Of a DNA stretch of 41,945 nucleotides, positions 11,258 to 22,649 are shown piece after piece (positions within the stretch are counted from its first letter, which is position 1; every line of letters starts with the position of its first letter). Source of the stretch: Octopus bimaculoides (lineage: Eukaryota); the NCBI RefSeq assembly GCF_001194135.2, contig NC_069002.1, positions 35,327,776 to 35,369,720 of the forward strand, written 5' to 3'. Below the pieces are notes generated by a model. The model had not been told where the DNA came from and ran no database searches. It saw only the letters and a list, made by a program, of their open reading frames with translations. The position numbers and the translations under genes were made by a program.

Positions 11258-12392
11258 CGTGAAATTATGGACGCGAAAACCACTTGAATTCTCATCTAAA
11301 GTTACAACATTTCTCTCCCTTTTTAAGTACTCTTCCATTTATCTCCAACCTGATCTCTCACGATCTCTTTATCTTGATATTTCTAACACGAAAAAGTCAT
11401 GGATATTTTCCTCGTCTTTTATATTATTTTCCTTTTGATGCCTTTTGACTATGATTTCAAACAATATTCAAAGGAATATGAAACGAAAACTCTGCCATTT
11501 GAAATGAAAGCACTTTCTTAAAACATGTATTCTATTTCCAAAAATAAATACGTAGCGAAGACATAACAGGTGCCCAATACGTATTGCATTTGCCTTCTTA
11601 TCTCCCTTTGAACATATAACGTTGTTTTCTTGCTGTTGCTGTTGTTGCTGTATTTATTGTTTTTTATCTCCCGGTCAACTCCGGTTGAACAGACTTGTGA
11701 TCATATCGAAGATTCTATAATCGTATCCATCCCATAACCATCTTCGATTTTGCTTTATTCCTTAGATATCGTTCGAAGAGGACTTTATTGGAACAGCATG
11801 GTGTGATTTTGGCAAGTGTTGGCTGCTAGCTCTTTGTTTGGTGCAATGTTAAAGTCTTGGTGTGGATAAAAACAACTACACTGGTTCTCTTCAAATACAG
11901 ACATAAATCCTGTCATATTTTTACACGGATATCTGCAGGCGAGAGAATAAAGATGGTGGTGGAGATATTTAGCGGAAGAAATTGCTGCAGAAATACAAAT
12001 TTAACTATGTTTGTGTACTATGAGAGTGGCTATTGGAAGAAGATATTACAATTGCTTTACAAATTTAGAACACATTTCCTTTGTTAACAAAAACAATTAT
12101 ATACTATGTACATGGGTGATTTAGTGGATGCGTTTGTCTGATGAAACAATATGGCCGAACGGTTCACTTTAATTCTCAGGAAAATATAATTTTGTACTGC
12201 CACATGTCGAAATTTACTTCCTATGTAATTTAAGCTCGTACTGAGCATGGAAGATGATGTTGGTGGTACCATTCATCTCACATGAATAAACATATATTAG
12301 ACACTATATGCCTCCTGAATAATATTGTACTTGGCAAACAAGCAAACACACACACACACATACACCCCCACACACAAATATATAAAAAAACC

Positions 12393-12530
12393 TTGTTTCC
12401 TAACCACATGGTTCCGGATTCCGTCCCAGTACGTGGCAGTTTAGGTAAGTGTTTTCTACTGTAGCCTCGGGCTCACCATAACGATGTCAGTGAATATGGT
12501 AGAGGGAAACTGAATGAAGCCCGAAATATA
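12393..12530 (+). mobile_element. SINE B (tRNA head + CORE-like segment), running into (TA)n and a gap
   Basis: aaccacatggttccggattccgtcccagtacgtggcagtttaggtaagtgttttctactgtagcctcggg...ggaaactgaatgaagcccg. Confidence 0.85.
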
Positions 12531-14252
12531 TATATATATATATGTATGTATATATATATATATATATATATNNNNNNNNNNNNNNNNNNNNNNNNNNNNN
12601 NNNNNNNNNNNNNNNNNNNNNNNNNNNNNNNNNNNNNNNNNNNNNNNNNNNNNNNNNNNNNNNNNNNNNNNNNNNNNNNNNNNNNNNNNNNNNNNNNNNN
12701 NNNNNNNNNNNNNNNNNNNNNNNNNNNNNNNNNNNNNNNNNNNNNNNNNNNNNNNNNNNNNNNNNNNNNNNNNNNNNNNNNNNNNNNNNNNNNNNNNNNN
12801 NNNNNNNNNNNNNNNNNNNNNNNNNNNNNNNNNNNNNNNNNNNNNNNNNNNNNNNNNNNNNNNNNNNNNNNNNNNNNNNNNNNNNNNNNNNNNNNNNNNN
12901 NNNNNNNNNNNNNNNNNNNNNNNNNNNNNNNNNNNNNNNNNNNNNNNNNNNNNNNNNNNNNNNNNNNNNNNNNNNNNNNNNNNNNNNNNNNNNNNNNNNN
13001 NNNNNNNNNNNNNNNNNNNNNNNNNNNNNNNNNNNNNNNNNNNNNNNNNNNNNNNNNNNNNNNNNNNNNNNNNNNNNNNNNNNNNNNNNNNNNNNNNNNN
13101 NNNNNNNNNNNNNNNNNNNNNNNNNNNNNNNNNNNNNNNNNNNNNNNNNNNNNNNNNNNNNNNNNNNNNNNNNNNNNNNNNNNNNNNNNNNNNNNNNNNN
13201 NNNNNNNNNNNNNNNNNNNNNNNNNNNNNNNNNNNNNNNNNNNNNNNNNNNNNNNNNNNNNNNNNNNNNNNNNNNNNNNNNNNNNNNNNNNNNNNNNNNN
13301 NNNNNNNNNNNNNNNNNNNNNNNNNNNNNNNNNNNNNNNNNNNNNATATATATACATATATATATATATATGTCTCCGTGTGCTTATGTATATGTATGTG
13401 CATATATGTGATTATTTGTCTGCATATGCGGAATTATTTATTTATTTATTTATTTAGCGTCGTGTATATATGTGTACCTCAGTGTATATATCTGACAGTG
13501 GATAAGAAACTGGCCAACAAATAGCTAAGGAATTAAATAAGGCCATTAGTATGAAAGAAGTTAGAGAATGCGAATGAATTTAATGCCATAACTTTATTTC
13601 AAAAACATTATGGCTAATATCGGTTGAGGAATATTTGCTTCTGCTACATTCATTTGTCTAAAGAAATACAACAGCTTTCTCTGTGGAATTTAGCTAATGG
13701 TAGCTAGTTTTATTTATATATTTATTTCATGTTTTCGTTGGAGTTTTTTTAATTATTTTTACTTCATTCAACTTTCGAAGTTTTTGGATTTGTTGAATAT
13801 TTTATTTTTATTTTAAATATCGACCGTTCTTTCTTAATTTTTTTTTCCTTGATAATATCGACTTTACTTGAATATGACTTAAACTATATTGTTGTTGTTA
13901 GTTTTTCGTGTGTTACTGTTGTTGATGTTGTTCTTAAGTTTCTAGTAGTTGATGATGTTATCTTTGCTGTTGCCGATACGCTTGTTCGATTCCGATTTAG
14001 CAGACACGTTGCTGCTCCGACTAATTGACAAAGATAGGGTGTGATTTGCGGCCCCAACATTCTCGCTAAACCGGATTTCTCTCTGGTTGACACTGTGGTT
14101 GGATGGAACCAACAGCTCTATGATCAAATGCAATCTATCCCATGACATCATATCTTATACTTTTCGAAGTGCCTGGTTTCGCTTTCGAATTTTTACCGAA
14201 AATCTGAAGGATGAACTGATTTGTATCATGCTAATGGCCACCCACATTTAAT

Positions 14253-14295
<43 letters not shown>

Positions 14296-14317
14296 GTAGT
14301 AAGAGTTTATACATATA

Positions 14318-14360
14318 TGGTACTCCAGCATGATCACAGTCCAATGACTGAATCAATTGT
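14318..14360 (+). mobile_element. SINE module C, 3'-terminal fragment
   Basis: ggtactccagcatgatcacagtccaatgactgaatcaa matches the 3' end of C. Confidence 0.65.
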
Positions 14361-14465
14361 CTGAGAATCAAATTAAATGAAAACGATGGATGGGTAAACG
14401 ATACAACAGAAATTACAATATGAGGTCGAATTCTCTTGGTTAGCTCCCGGATATGACAGCGTATA

Positions 14466-14553
14466 GAAGAAGAAGAAGAAGAAGAAGAAGAAGAAGAAGA
14501 AGAAGAAGAAGAAGAAGAAGAAGAAGAAGAAGAAGAAGAAGAAGAAGAAGAAG
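14466..14553. repeat. (GAA)n microsatellite
   Basis: Perfect GAA run. Confidence 0.97.
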
Positions 14554-14710
14554 ATCGATCCCACTACGTAACTGGTACTTAATTTATCGACGCTGAATGG
14601 ATGAAAGGCAAAGTCGATGTAGGCGGAATTTGAACTTAGAACGTAACCATGGGCGAAATAGCGCTAAGCATTCCGTACAGCGTGCTAAGGATTCTGCCAT
14701 CTCGGCGCCT
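14554..14710 (-). mobile_element. SINE family A with intact tRNA-like head, 3'-truncated
   Basis: Reverse complement ggcgccgagatggcagaatccttagcacg (A-box region)...aagttcaaattccgcc (B-box)...gactttgcctttcatcc...gtcgataaattaagtaccagt. Confidence 0.9.
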
Positions 14711-14711
14711 A

Positions 14712-14773
<62 letters not shown>
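14711..14773. repeat. (AAT)n microsatellite
   Basis: Directly visible. Confidence 0.97.
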
Positions 14774-14776
<3 letters not shown>

Positions 14777-15624
14777 AGATGATGATTATAATGATGGTGA
14801 AATTGATTAAAACGCTGATTGATTCCTTCGTAAGTAATACAGTAACTTATTATTGTAATTTTATTACTCTTGCTTTTTGGTTAATAAAGCTTATGTCTTT
14901 TTATGTCCTCACTAATTGTCGCCTGTTTCCAGGCCCCCTCACACGCCCCCGCGCTGTAATCATATTAACGGAGCACGAACCAAATAACAGCCAGACAATT
15001 TAAGCCAAAATAAGATATAATATGCCATAAAAACATGAAGTAACTGCATCATTCGACGTGGTGGTCAGTTGCCAATTAATGGAAATGTTTAAAATGTATA
15101 CTTTTTTAATAACCAAACAGCAATAAAACTAAAACAATGCAAAAATAGCGCTTAGGAGGAAAAAAAAACTGTTCAACATTTTAATATGATGTTTTACGCC
15201 GAATTTTAAGTATAAAACTATGGAGCGTACTAAAATGCTTCAGTGCACGAAACATATGAACCGGTATCTAATTAAAATAATGGCAATCTAAATAAATGGA
15301 GCAATTTTAATTTTAAACATCCGTAAATTAAAGCAGTAACTGCATCAATGAACAATAAGGGGTATTCGGTTTTAAACTACATGCGTAATTTACAGCTATA
15401 CTCTACAATACCCCTGCCCAGAAAATGATGATTGCCATATTATATATGTATAATTTCTGAAGAGAAAATATATGAGTAATCTAAAAATAACTTTCGATAC
15501 AATGAGTCTGGTTTAAGATTATGCATTCTTAAAACCAACATACATATTTAATGGCAGAAAAATTGAAGGGAACATGCACAACGATGGATTTTGCCAGAAT
15601 TGTTAGATTTTAGACAATATGTTC

Positions 15625-15750
15625 TTTATGTTCTGAGTTTAAATCACGCCGATGTCAATTTTGCATTTAATGATTTTCGGATCTATAAAATAAGTACCAG
15701 TCATGTTGTGCGGTTGGATCTAATCAAAGTATCCTGTCTTCCAAAAATTG
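15625..15750 (+). mobile_element. SINE family A, degenerate
   Basis: tatgttctgagtttaaatcacgccgatgtcaattttgcattt...ataaaataagtaccagt. Confidence 0.75.
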
Positions 15751-15914
15751 TTAAAAGCAACGATACGAAACAACCACTTAGTCTCCATGTAGTGAATATC
15801 GCGTTCAGCCAAAGTTCCCCAGATGACACAATTTTGAAAAGAGTCAAATATATTAGAGATTGCAGAATAATGTAGACCAAGATACACATTGCACAAAAGA
15901 ACGATAGAATGTAT

Positions 15915-15979
15915 AGGCATTGAGACCACGATCTTGTGGCCTTGAGTGCACCATCCTAACCACTTAGTCGTGCACCCTC
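15915..15979 (-). mobile_element. Isolated tRNA-derived SINE head, degenerate
   Basis: Reverse complement gagggtgcacgactaagtggttaggatggtgcactcaaggccacaagatcgtggtctcaat has an A-box and a decayed B-box. Confidence 0.55.
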
Positions 15980-16407
15980 GTGGATGAATTTAATTATCAA
16001 ATACGTAACATACCAATCATGCCAGCTACAATGGAAATTGGATATTTGCTGAAAACCTTACTCATGTGTAAATATCTGAAACCTTATTATCCCCAATATT
16101 AATATGATTCTTGAAAATCAGTTTTTAGAAAAAAATACAAGAAAAAAATGGTGTAGATAAATGCATAACTCAAACCTCAGACATAACACATACGTTCAAC
16201 ATACAGAATATAGCACAAACTGGCACTGTTGGACATATATTTTGTAGAGTGTTTCTCATGCAATCTTCTTTTTTTTTTTAATTTCCAAGAACAATATATT
16301 ATGCTATATTAGGCTACGCGAAACGAAGGCACTCACAGCTGTGTTCAGATTGTGAATGAAAGCACTGCAGTAACAATAAACTTGTTGGAATATAAAAAAA
16401 AATTAAA

Positions 16408-16412
16408 TACTA

Positions 16413-16460
<48 letters not shown>

Positions 16461-16493
16461 ATGATAATGACAATAATAATAATAATAATAATC

Positions 16494-16532
<39 letters not shown>
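16408..16532. repeat. (CTA)n(AAT)n compound microsatellite
   Basis: Directly visible. Confidence 0.95.
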
Positions 16533-16535
<3 letters not shown>

Positions 16536-17645
16536 GTGACTTATATAACAAAATTCTGACAATAGATAGTAATTTGTCTCCGGTATTCAATTCGTATTTG
16601 AAAAGGATATGAATTTGGTAAATTGCGGTTTGAGACAAGTATGGTAAAAAGCAAAAGTTAGTGAATAAAATGTGATGAAAATTTAACCGAAAAAAAGCTG
16701 TAAACTGGTTGCTGTTGGAGACCGAAATATTGTGAAGTAACATATAGACGATTGGTTTGTAAAGTTCATATAAGTACGTAGAGACGGTTGACACCTCACA
16801 CTTAAGATATGTGCTCCGATAATGGAGTAGAATGTGATTTGATATACATCTTTTCAAAAAACGTCTGCAGTTATTTAGAGATGAAGCAATTTTCATCCCG
16901 CAGGGGGAGGTAGGGTTAATATACGCTATTGGCAAATATGTTGCATTAGTATGTCCCATGATGTGTTGTTTGGTCGTATGGTACAACAGTGCAGAAGTAA
17001 CAAAAGATAATGTATATAAAAAAAACGAAAAAGTTGGACGAATGCATTGAGAGAGGGAGAAAAAACAGAAAGGGAAAATTGTGTGTAGGTGTGTGTCTGT
17101 GCGTGTCTGTGCGTGTCTGTGTGTGCGAGTGTGCGTGCGTATGTGTGTGTATGTCTATGTGTGCGAATGAGAGACAGAAAGAGAGACAGAGAAGTGTAGA
17201 GATATGCTGGAAGAGAATAAATGCGAATGATACAGAGAGAGGTAGTGAGAGAGAAAACAAGATAAAAAAAGGAGATGAAATTCAACAAAAACAAAAAAGA
17301 CAATAATAAAAGGAAAACTGATATTCAAGGGATCCTTCACCGTTGTTGTATCCAGAATTTTACTCACGTGTCTATAATGGTGCGAAGTATATAACGGGTT
17401 ACAATACTGTGTCTTATAATACTTAATCTCATTCCTAAATTTGCTAATCCGTTCTTCTTGTTTAAATATTTCCTGTTTTCGATTGATTTCTTCAAATAAT
17501 TACATTAACGTCACTAAGATATCTTATTCTAAGAATTTTGTGATGTGATACTGATCAATATCATATGGTTTGTCCTTCATTATATATTTGGTGGTATATT
17601 ATCGCTGGTAAGAATAAAGTTTCTAAAATCAATAGTTAAGTCCGA

Positions 17646-17717
17646 AGTGTTGCTTTAGTACAATGGTAGAACACCTGTCATGTCTACAGAAGAGGCGCGT
17701 TCGAGTTCCAATACTAG
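17646..17717 (+). pseudogene. tRNA-like pseudogene or SINE head, Thr(UGU)-like
   Basis: A-box tagtacaatggtag, anticodon-like arm ctgt-catgtct-acag with central TGT, B-box gttcgagttcc. The T-stem and anticodon loop are non-canonical. Confidence 0.55.
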
Positions 17718-17811
17718 ACTTCAACATTTGTTTTCTTCCTCTCCAAATATATTTTTCATTCTAATTTTTAAATGCTTTTGTTTGTGAAATTATGTGTTCC
17801 GAGAGAAGGTG

Positions 17812-17968
17812 TCTTTATGTTCTGAGTTCAAATTCCGCCAAGGTAGACTTTGCCTTTCGTCCTTTCGGGGTCGATAAATTAAGTACCAGTTGTGCACTGG
17901 AGTCGATCTAATCGTCTGGCCCTCTGCCCCAAAAATGTCGGGCCTTGTGCCGAGAGTAGAACAGATTA
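17812..17968 (+). mobile_element. SINE family A, well-preserved body and 3' end
   Basis: gttctgagttcaaattccgccaaggtagactttgcctttcgtcctttcggggtcgataaattaagtaccagtt...gggccttgtgccgagagtagaacagattat. Confidence 0.92.
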
Positions 17969-18103
17969 TGTACTCCGAGATCCAATTCCAAGATAAAATT
18001 ATCCCCGTTCTCTAGAACGTTATAAAACATTTTCACGTAAATTGTATATTCTATTATACATATTATATACACAAATAACGCAAGAAATAATTAAACCATC
18101 TAA

Positions 18104-18277
18104 ACTACAGGATATGTTGTAAATTCTGGCAGTTGCAATGACAAGAATGTTAAGAATTTTGAACGTTATTCCGGAAGAGAGAGGGACCGCTGTTTAGTCA
18201 TATGTAAAACATGCAAAAATCATGTCGTGTCGTTAGACAACGAGAAAAGTCATCCTCTCTCCTGTTTCGAAATTTGA
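18104..18277 (+). mobile_element. Probable DNA-transposon remnant resembling the piggyBac C-terminal cysteine-rich domain
   Basis: Frame reads SCNDKNVKNFERYSGRERDRCLVICKTCKNHVVSLDNEKSHPLSCFEI*, with CxxC...CF spacing. No TIR or TTAA end was found. Confidence 0.4.
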
Positions 18278-19082
18278 CCGGTAGGGTGAATATCTTCAAT
18301 TTTTTAACCATTGATTTCAAACCTGCTAATATGGGCCCTCAACTATGAACCTTGAATACATCAACTAACTATTTTTACAGAACCCACAAATATATCAGTA
18401 TGCCCGACATTGACTAATCCTACCAAATATCATTTCAGTATTGAATATTATGTTGCGTTTATCGTATGAAATTTTGTGTCAACTTCCAGTATTTATATCG
18501 AGGATTTTCGGTGCATGCTTTTTTCCCTTCTTTTCCTTTCGATAATTCTTCCTTTAATGTTAACCGTAGAACACAGTCGCTTTAATATTTCGAAAACTGT
18601 GATAAGGCGGCAATATAACTAGAATTTTACTGCATTGGCAGTAGTGTTTTTCGTTTAGAGTCTGAATCGTATTTCAACTTGGCAGTCAAATGAAGTGCGT
18701 CGTGTTTAATGCCAGAAAGCAACAAAATGTTACCAGTAATTATCAACGCTGGCTTCAACCAAAAATACTCAGTAAACACATTGGTGCTTTACATTAGTAT
18801 TTTGGTTCTTTCGTCTGTCACAATATGTATGCATACATCTGTGCGCATTCCCTTACACACACATACACACACGTACGCTCTCACGCTCATACATATCAAA
18901 TGTATTACATAGATAAGTATTTCTGCATGTATATACGCATATGCACGCATATACACGCATGTGCATACATTCAACAGAAACATATGTATGTTTATATCTA
19001 CATGTATAAATAATTTATATATATATATATACGTAATTACATATATATACAAATATATATGTATGTATTTCTGTGTGTATAC

Positions 19083-19169
<87 letters not shown>

Positions 19170-19470
19170 AATGTATATAATTATATATATATTTCCGTGC
19201 ATAACTGCATATACTTACATACGTGCCTCTGTGTGTGTGTGTGTGTGTTTGTGTGTGTTTGTGTGTGTGTGTATAGCTACATATGAAATTGAATCTTCCT
19301 GTGAATCGGTATTATCAATTTTACTCGACTTGAAATTTTTATTGCTATCGAAATGATTAGTGTAATAATCTATTTAGGACATCGTTATTATTGTCTTTCG
19401 TTGTTATCGTTATTATTATCAGCATTAATATTATTTTTATTACTATCACAATCATCAACACCACAATCAT

Positions 19471-19471
19471 C

Positions 19472-19512
<41 letters not shown>

Positions 19513-19516
19513 CAGC

Positions 19517-19569
<53 letters not shown>

Positions 19570-19590
19570 TAGTAGCAGCAGCAGCAGCAG
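19471..19590. repeat. (AGT)n(AGC)n microsatellite
   Basis: Directly visible. Confidence 0.95.
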
Positions 19591-20092
19591 TTGCAATTAA
19601 TATCATAACTATTATGATTATCATTGTCATCGGAGTAGTGTCGGGCATCACTAATAAAATAACTATTATCACAACCCCCACCCACCAACAATGTCCCTCT
19701 TCCCCCTCCTCTTCTATACCATCATCATCATCATCATCATCGCGTCATTGTCGTCGCCATCGTGATCGTCAACATTGTCGTTACAGACATCATCATCATT
19801 ATTTGAATATACAATTACGCTTGATGTAAATTTCGCTATTGTTTCACCACTATCGCCTCCATGTTTTGGAACCGGCCCACAGACTCTCTTCAGCGCTTAT
19901 CGCTTATAATGTTGCCATTAAACCTGATAATAAAACATTTATTAGAGCAGAACATGAGACGATATCAAATTAATATCGTTTTCTTACTTCTATCTTTCAT
20001 GCCGATAATATGTTTCTCGTCCATACCAGTAACGCGACGATTTACCCCGGCTATAAAACATTAATAAAACAACAACTACGGCGACGACGATG

Positions 20093-20823
20093 GCGATGAT
20101 GACGATGATGATGAAGATGATGATGATGATGATGATGATGATGACGATGATGATGAAGATGATGATGATGATGATGAAGATGATGATGATGATGATGATG
20201 ACGATGATGATGATGATGATGATGATGATNNNNNNNNNNNNNNNNNNNNNNNNNNNNNNNNNNNNNNNNNNNNNNNNNNNNNNNNNNNNNNNNNNNNNNN
20301 NNNNNNNNNNNNNNNNNNNNNNNNNNNNNNNNNNNNNNNNNNNNNNNNNNNNNNNNNNNNNNNNNNNNNNNNNNNNNNNNNNNNNNNNNNNNNNNNNNNN
20401 NNNNNNNNNNNNNNNNNNNNNNNNNNNNNNNNNNNNNNNNNNNNNNNNNNNNNNNNNNNNNNNNNNNNNNNNNNNNNNNNNNNNNNNNNNNNNNNNNNNN
20501 NNNNNNNNNNNNNNNNNNNNNNNNNNNNNNNNNNNNNNNNNNNNNNNNNNNNNNNNNNNNNNNNNNNNNNNNNNNNNNNNNNNNNNNNNNNNNNNNNNNN
20601 NNNNNNNNNNNNNNNNNNNNNNNNNNNNNNNNNNNNNNNNNNNNNNNNNNNNNNNNNNNNNNNNNNNNNNNNNNNNNGCGATGATGACGATGATGATGAA
20701 GATGATGATGATGATGATGATGATGATGACGATGATGATGAAGATGATGATGATGATGATGAAGATGATGATGATGATGATGATGATGACGATGATGATG
20801 AAGATGATGATGATGATGATGAA

Positions 20824-20868
<45 letters not shown>
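20093..20868. repeat. (GAT)n array with periodic GAC/GAA variants, interrupted by an N-gap
   Basis: Directly visible; followed by degenerate GGT and GAC tracts. Confidence 0.95.
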
Positions 20869-20869
<1 letters not shown>

Positions 20870-21061
20870 TATGCTTACGATGATCACGAAGATGATAATA
20901 CGATGATGATAATGAAGTTGGTGGTGGCGGTGGTGGTGGTGGTGGTGTCCACCACCACCACCACGAGGACCGGGACGACCATGATGATGAATATGAAGGT
21001 GGTGGTGATGGTGATGGTGGTGGTGACGGTTACGACGAAGACGACGACGATGAGGATGTTG

Positions 21062-21096
21062 AGAAGAAGAAGAAGAAGAAGAAGAAGAAGAAGAAG

Positions 21097-21128
<32 letters not shown>

Positions 21129-21165
21129 GAAGAAGAAGAAGAAGAAGAAGAAGAAGAAGAAGAAG
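21062..21165. repeat. (GAA)n microsatellite
   Basis: Directly visible. Confidence 0.97.
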
Positions 21166-21228
21166 AGGGGAGGCGTAGGAGAAGGAGGGTTGGAGGGGGA
21201 GGAGAGAAGAACAGGAGCAAGAATGAAA

Positions 21229-21550
21229 AGATAATACCTCCAAAGAAAAGAAGGTGGTCGGGACTTCATAAGCTCACAAATCTCATTGAAAATTGCAAGC
21301 ATGGGACTTTCTCGCCATTTGCAACGTATCTAGTTCTGAAACACGAAGATACCAAAAATAGCTATCAGTAACGAAAAAAGGAGAAAATATAACTCAAAGA
21401 GATGCAACTAGACGAACTAGTGCCTCAAGAAATTGTGTCCCTCAGGAAACAACGCAAAGCAAATATAAATTGGAGCCAAAGGAAATGAATTCAAATATAT
21501 TATGGAGGAATTGCAACTAAGACCACTGAAGCAGAGTCCCTGATGTTGAT
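21229..21550 (+). mobile_element. Decayed non-LTR retrotransposon fragment (R4/Dong-like, RT thumb region)
   Basis: R*YLQRKEGGRDFISSQISLKIASMGL matches the RLYLPRKEGGRGL motif. Frameshifted downstream pieces read LVLKHEDTK and GGIATKTTEAESLML. Confidence 0.7.
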
Positions 21551-21812
21551 CAAGTCTTTCTTCATCACGAAATAAGGTACTATATTAACGTATTCACTCC
21601 CATTGCAGACGACACTTAGGTTGTTTAAAAAAATACTTAAAAATCACCAATTTACTTCTGACAAGTTTGTGTACAATAGATACAAATGAATATATTCTCT
21701 TTTCGTAAATAAAATGAGTAACCGATTTATGAGGCATTGGTCACAGAAAGATGAATCTTACTAAGGGTGATCTGTTTTTCTAGTCGCAGAGAGGAACGCG
21801 GCTCTAATTGAA

Positions 21813-22151
21813 CAGTGGCTCTCAACAGGAGTGTATATGATCCCTGGCTGGCCGTATAAGATTTTTGGGTGTTCATGCAAACTAGAGAGTAAATTGGGGA
21901 CCAACAACTGTATATTTAGTGTCGATCAAAAAAGTTTCTTCAGCTCTGTTTATTGTTAGAACTAGCAAGATTTCTTTCTCTGACGATTCACATAATTCAA
22001 CCTACAAAAACTAATGTGTGAGAAACTAAATAGGAATTTTGAAAGAATTCTCTATAAAACTAGTTTTTAAACATCGAAGGACTATGGGGATCCACCAGAA
22101 TAAATTAGTAATCAAAGGGGACCATGGGTAAAAAATGGCTGAAAACCACTG
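21813..22151. mobile_element. hAT (Charlie/MER5-like) MITE, 339 bp
   Basis: Left TIR cagtggctctcaac; right TIR reverse complement cagtggttttcagc; subterminal ggggaccatgggtaaaaaatgg. The flanks aatt-gaa and aattagag may be a decayed 8-bp TSD. Confidence 0.8.
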
Positions 22152-22466
22152 AATTAGAGTACCTACTTTCTCTATCTCTATCTCTTCTCCCTTTCTCTCT
22201 CTTACATATATATATGCTACACTGCAACATAGATTATATTCACGGGTTTTACTTAACGCTATATAAATGAGATAGGCGTGTTCATCTTGTATTTATATCA
22301 CAAGACTGACAGAAATTCTGTTGAAAATTATGGATATATCCTGTAGTGAAGAATCGCATTGAATGAAAACACTGCTGAGGCAATGTGTGTGTGTGTATGT
22401 GTGAATGTGTGTGTATGCAAGTATGTATAAGCGTCAATCGTATGCATACATCTGTATACACGTGTT

Positions 22467-22594
<128 letters not shown>

Positions 22595-22609
22595 CATATA
22601 TATATTCAT

Positions 22610-22649
<40 letters not shown>

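Noticed and set aside
12138-12165. Hammerhead-like CTGATGA core (also CTGAAGA on the minus strand near 19862-19895)
   Set aside because: Stem II and the GAAA core cannot be formed.
16904-16909. Possible 6-nt microexon (cag|GGGGAG|gtaggg)
   Set aside because: Weak donor and no host gene identified.
16492-16986. 164-aa minus ORF
   Set aside because: Starts at a non-ATG codon, ends in an (ATT)n repeat, and shows no domain or codon bias.
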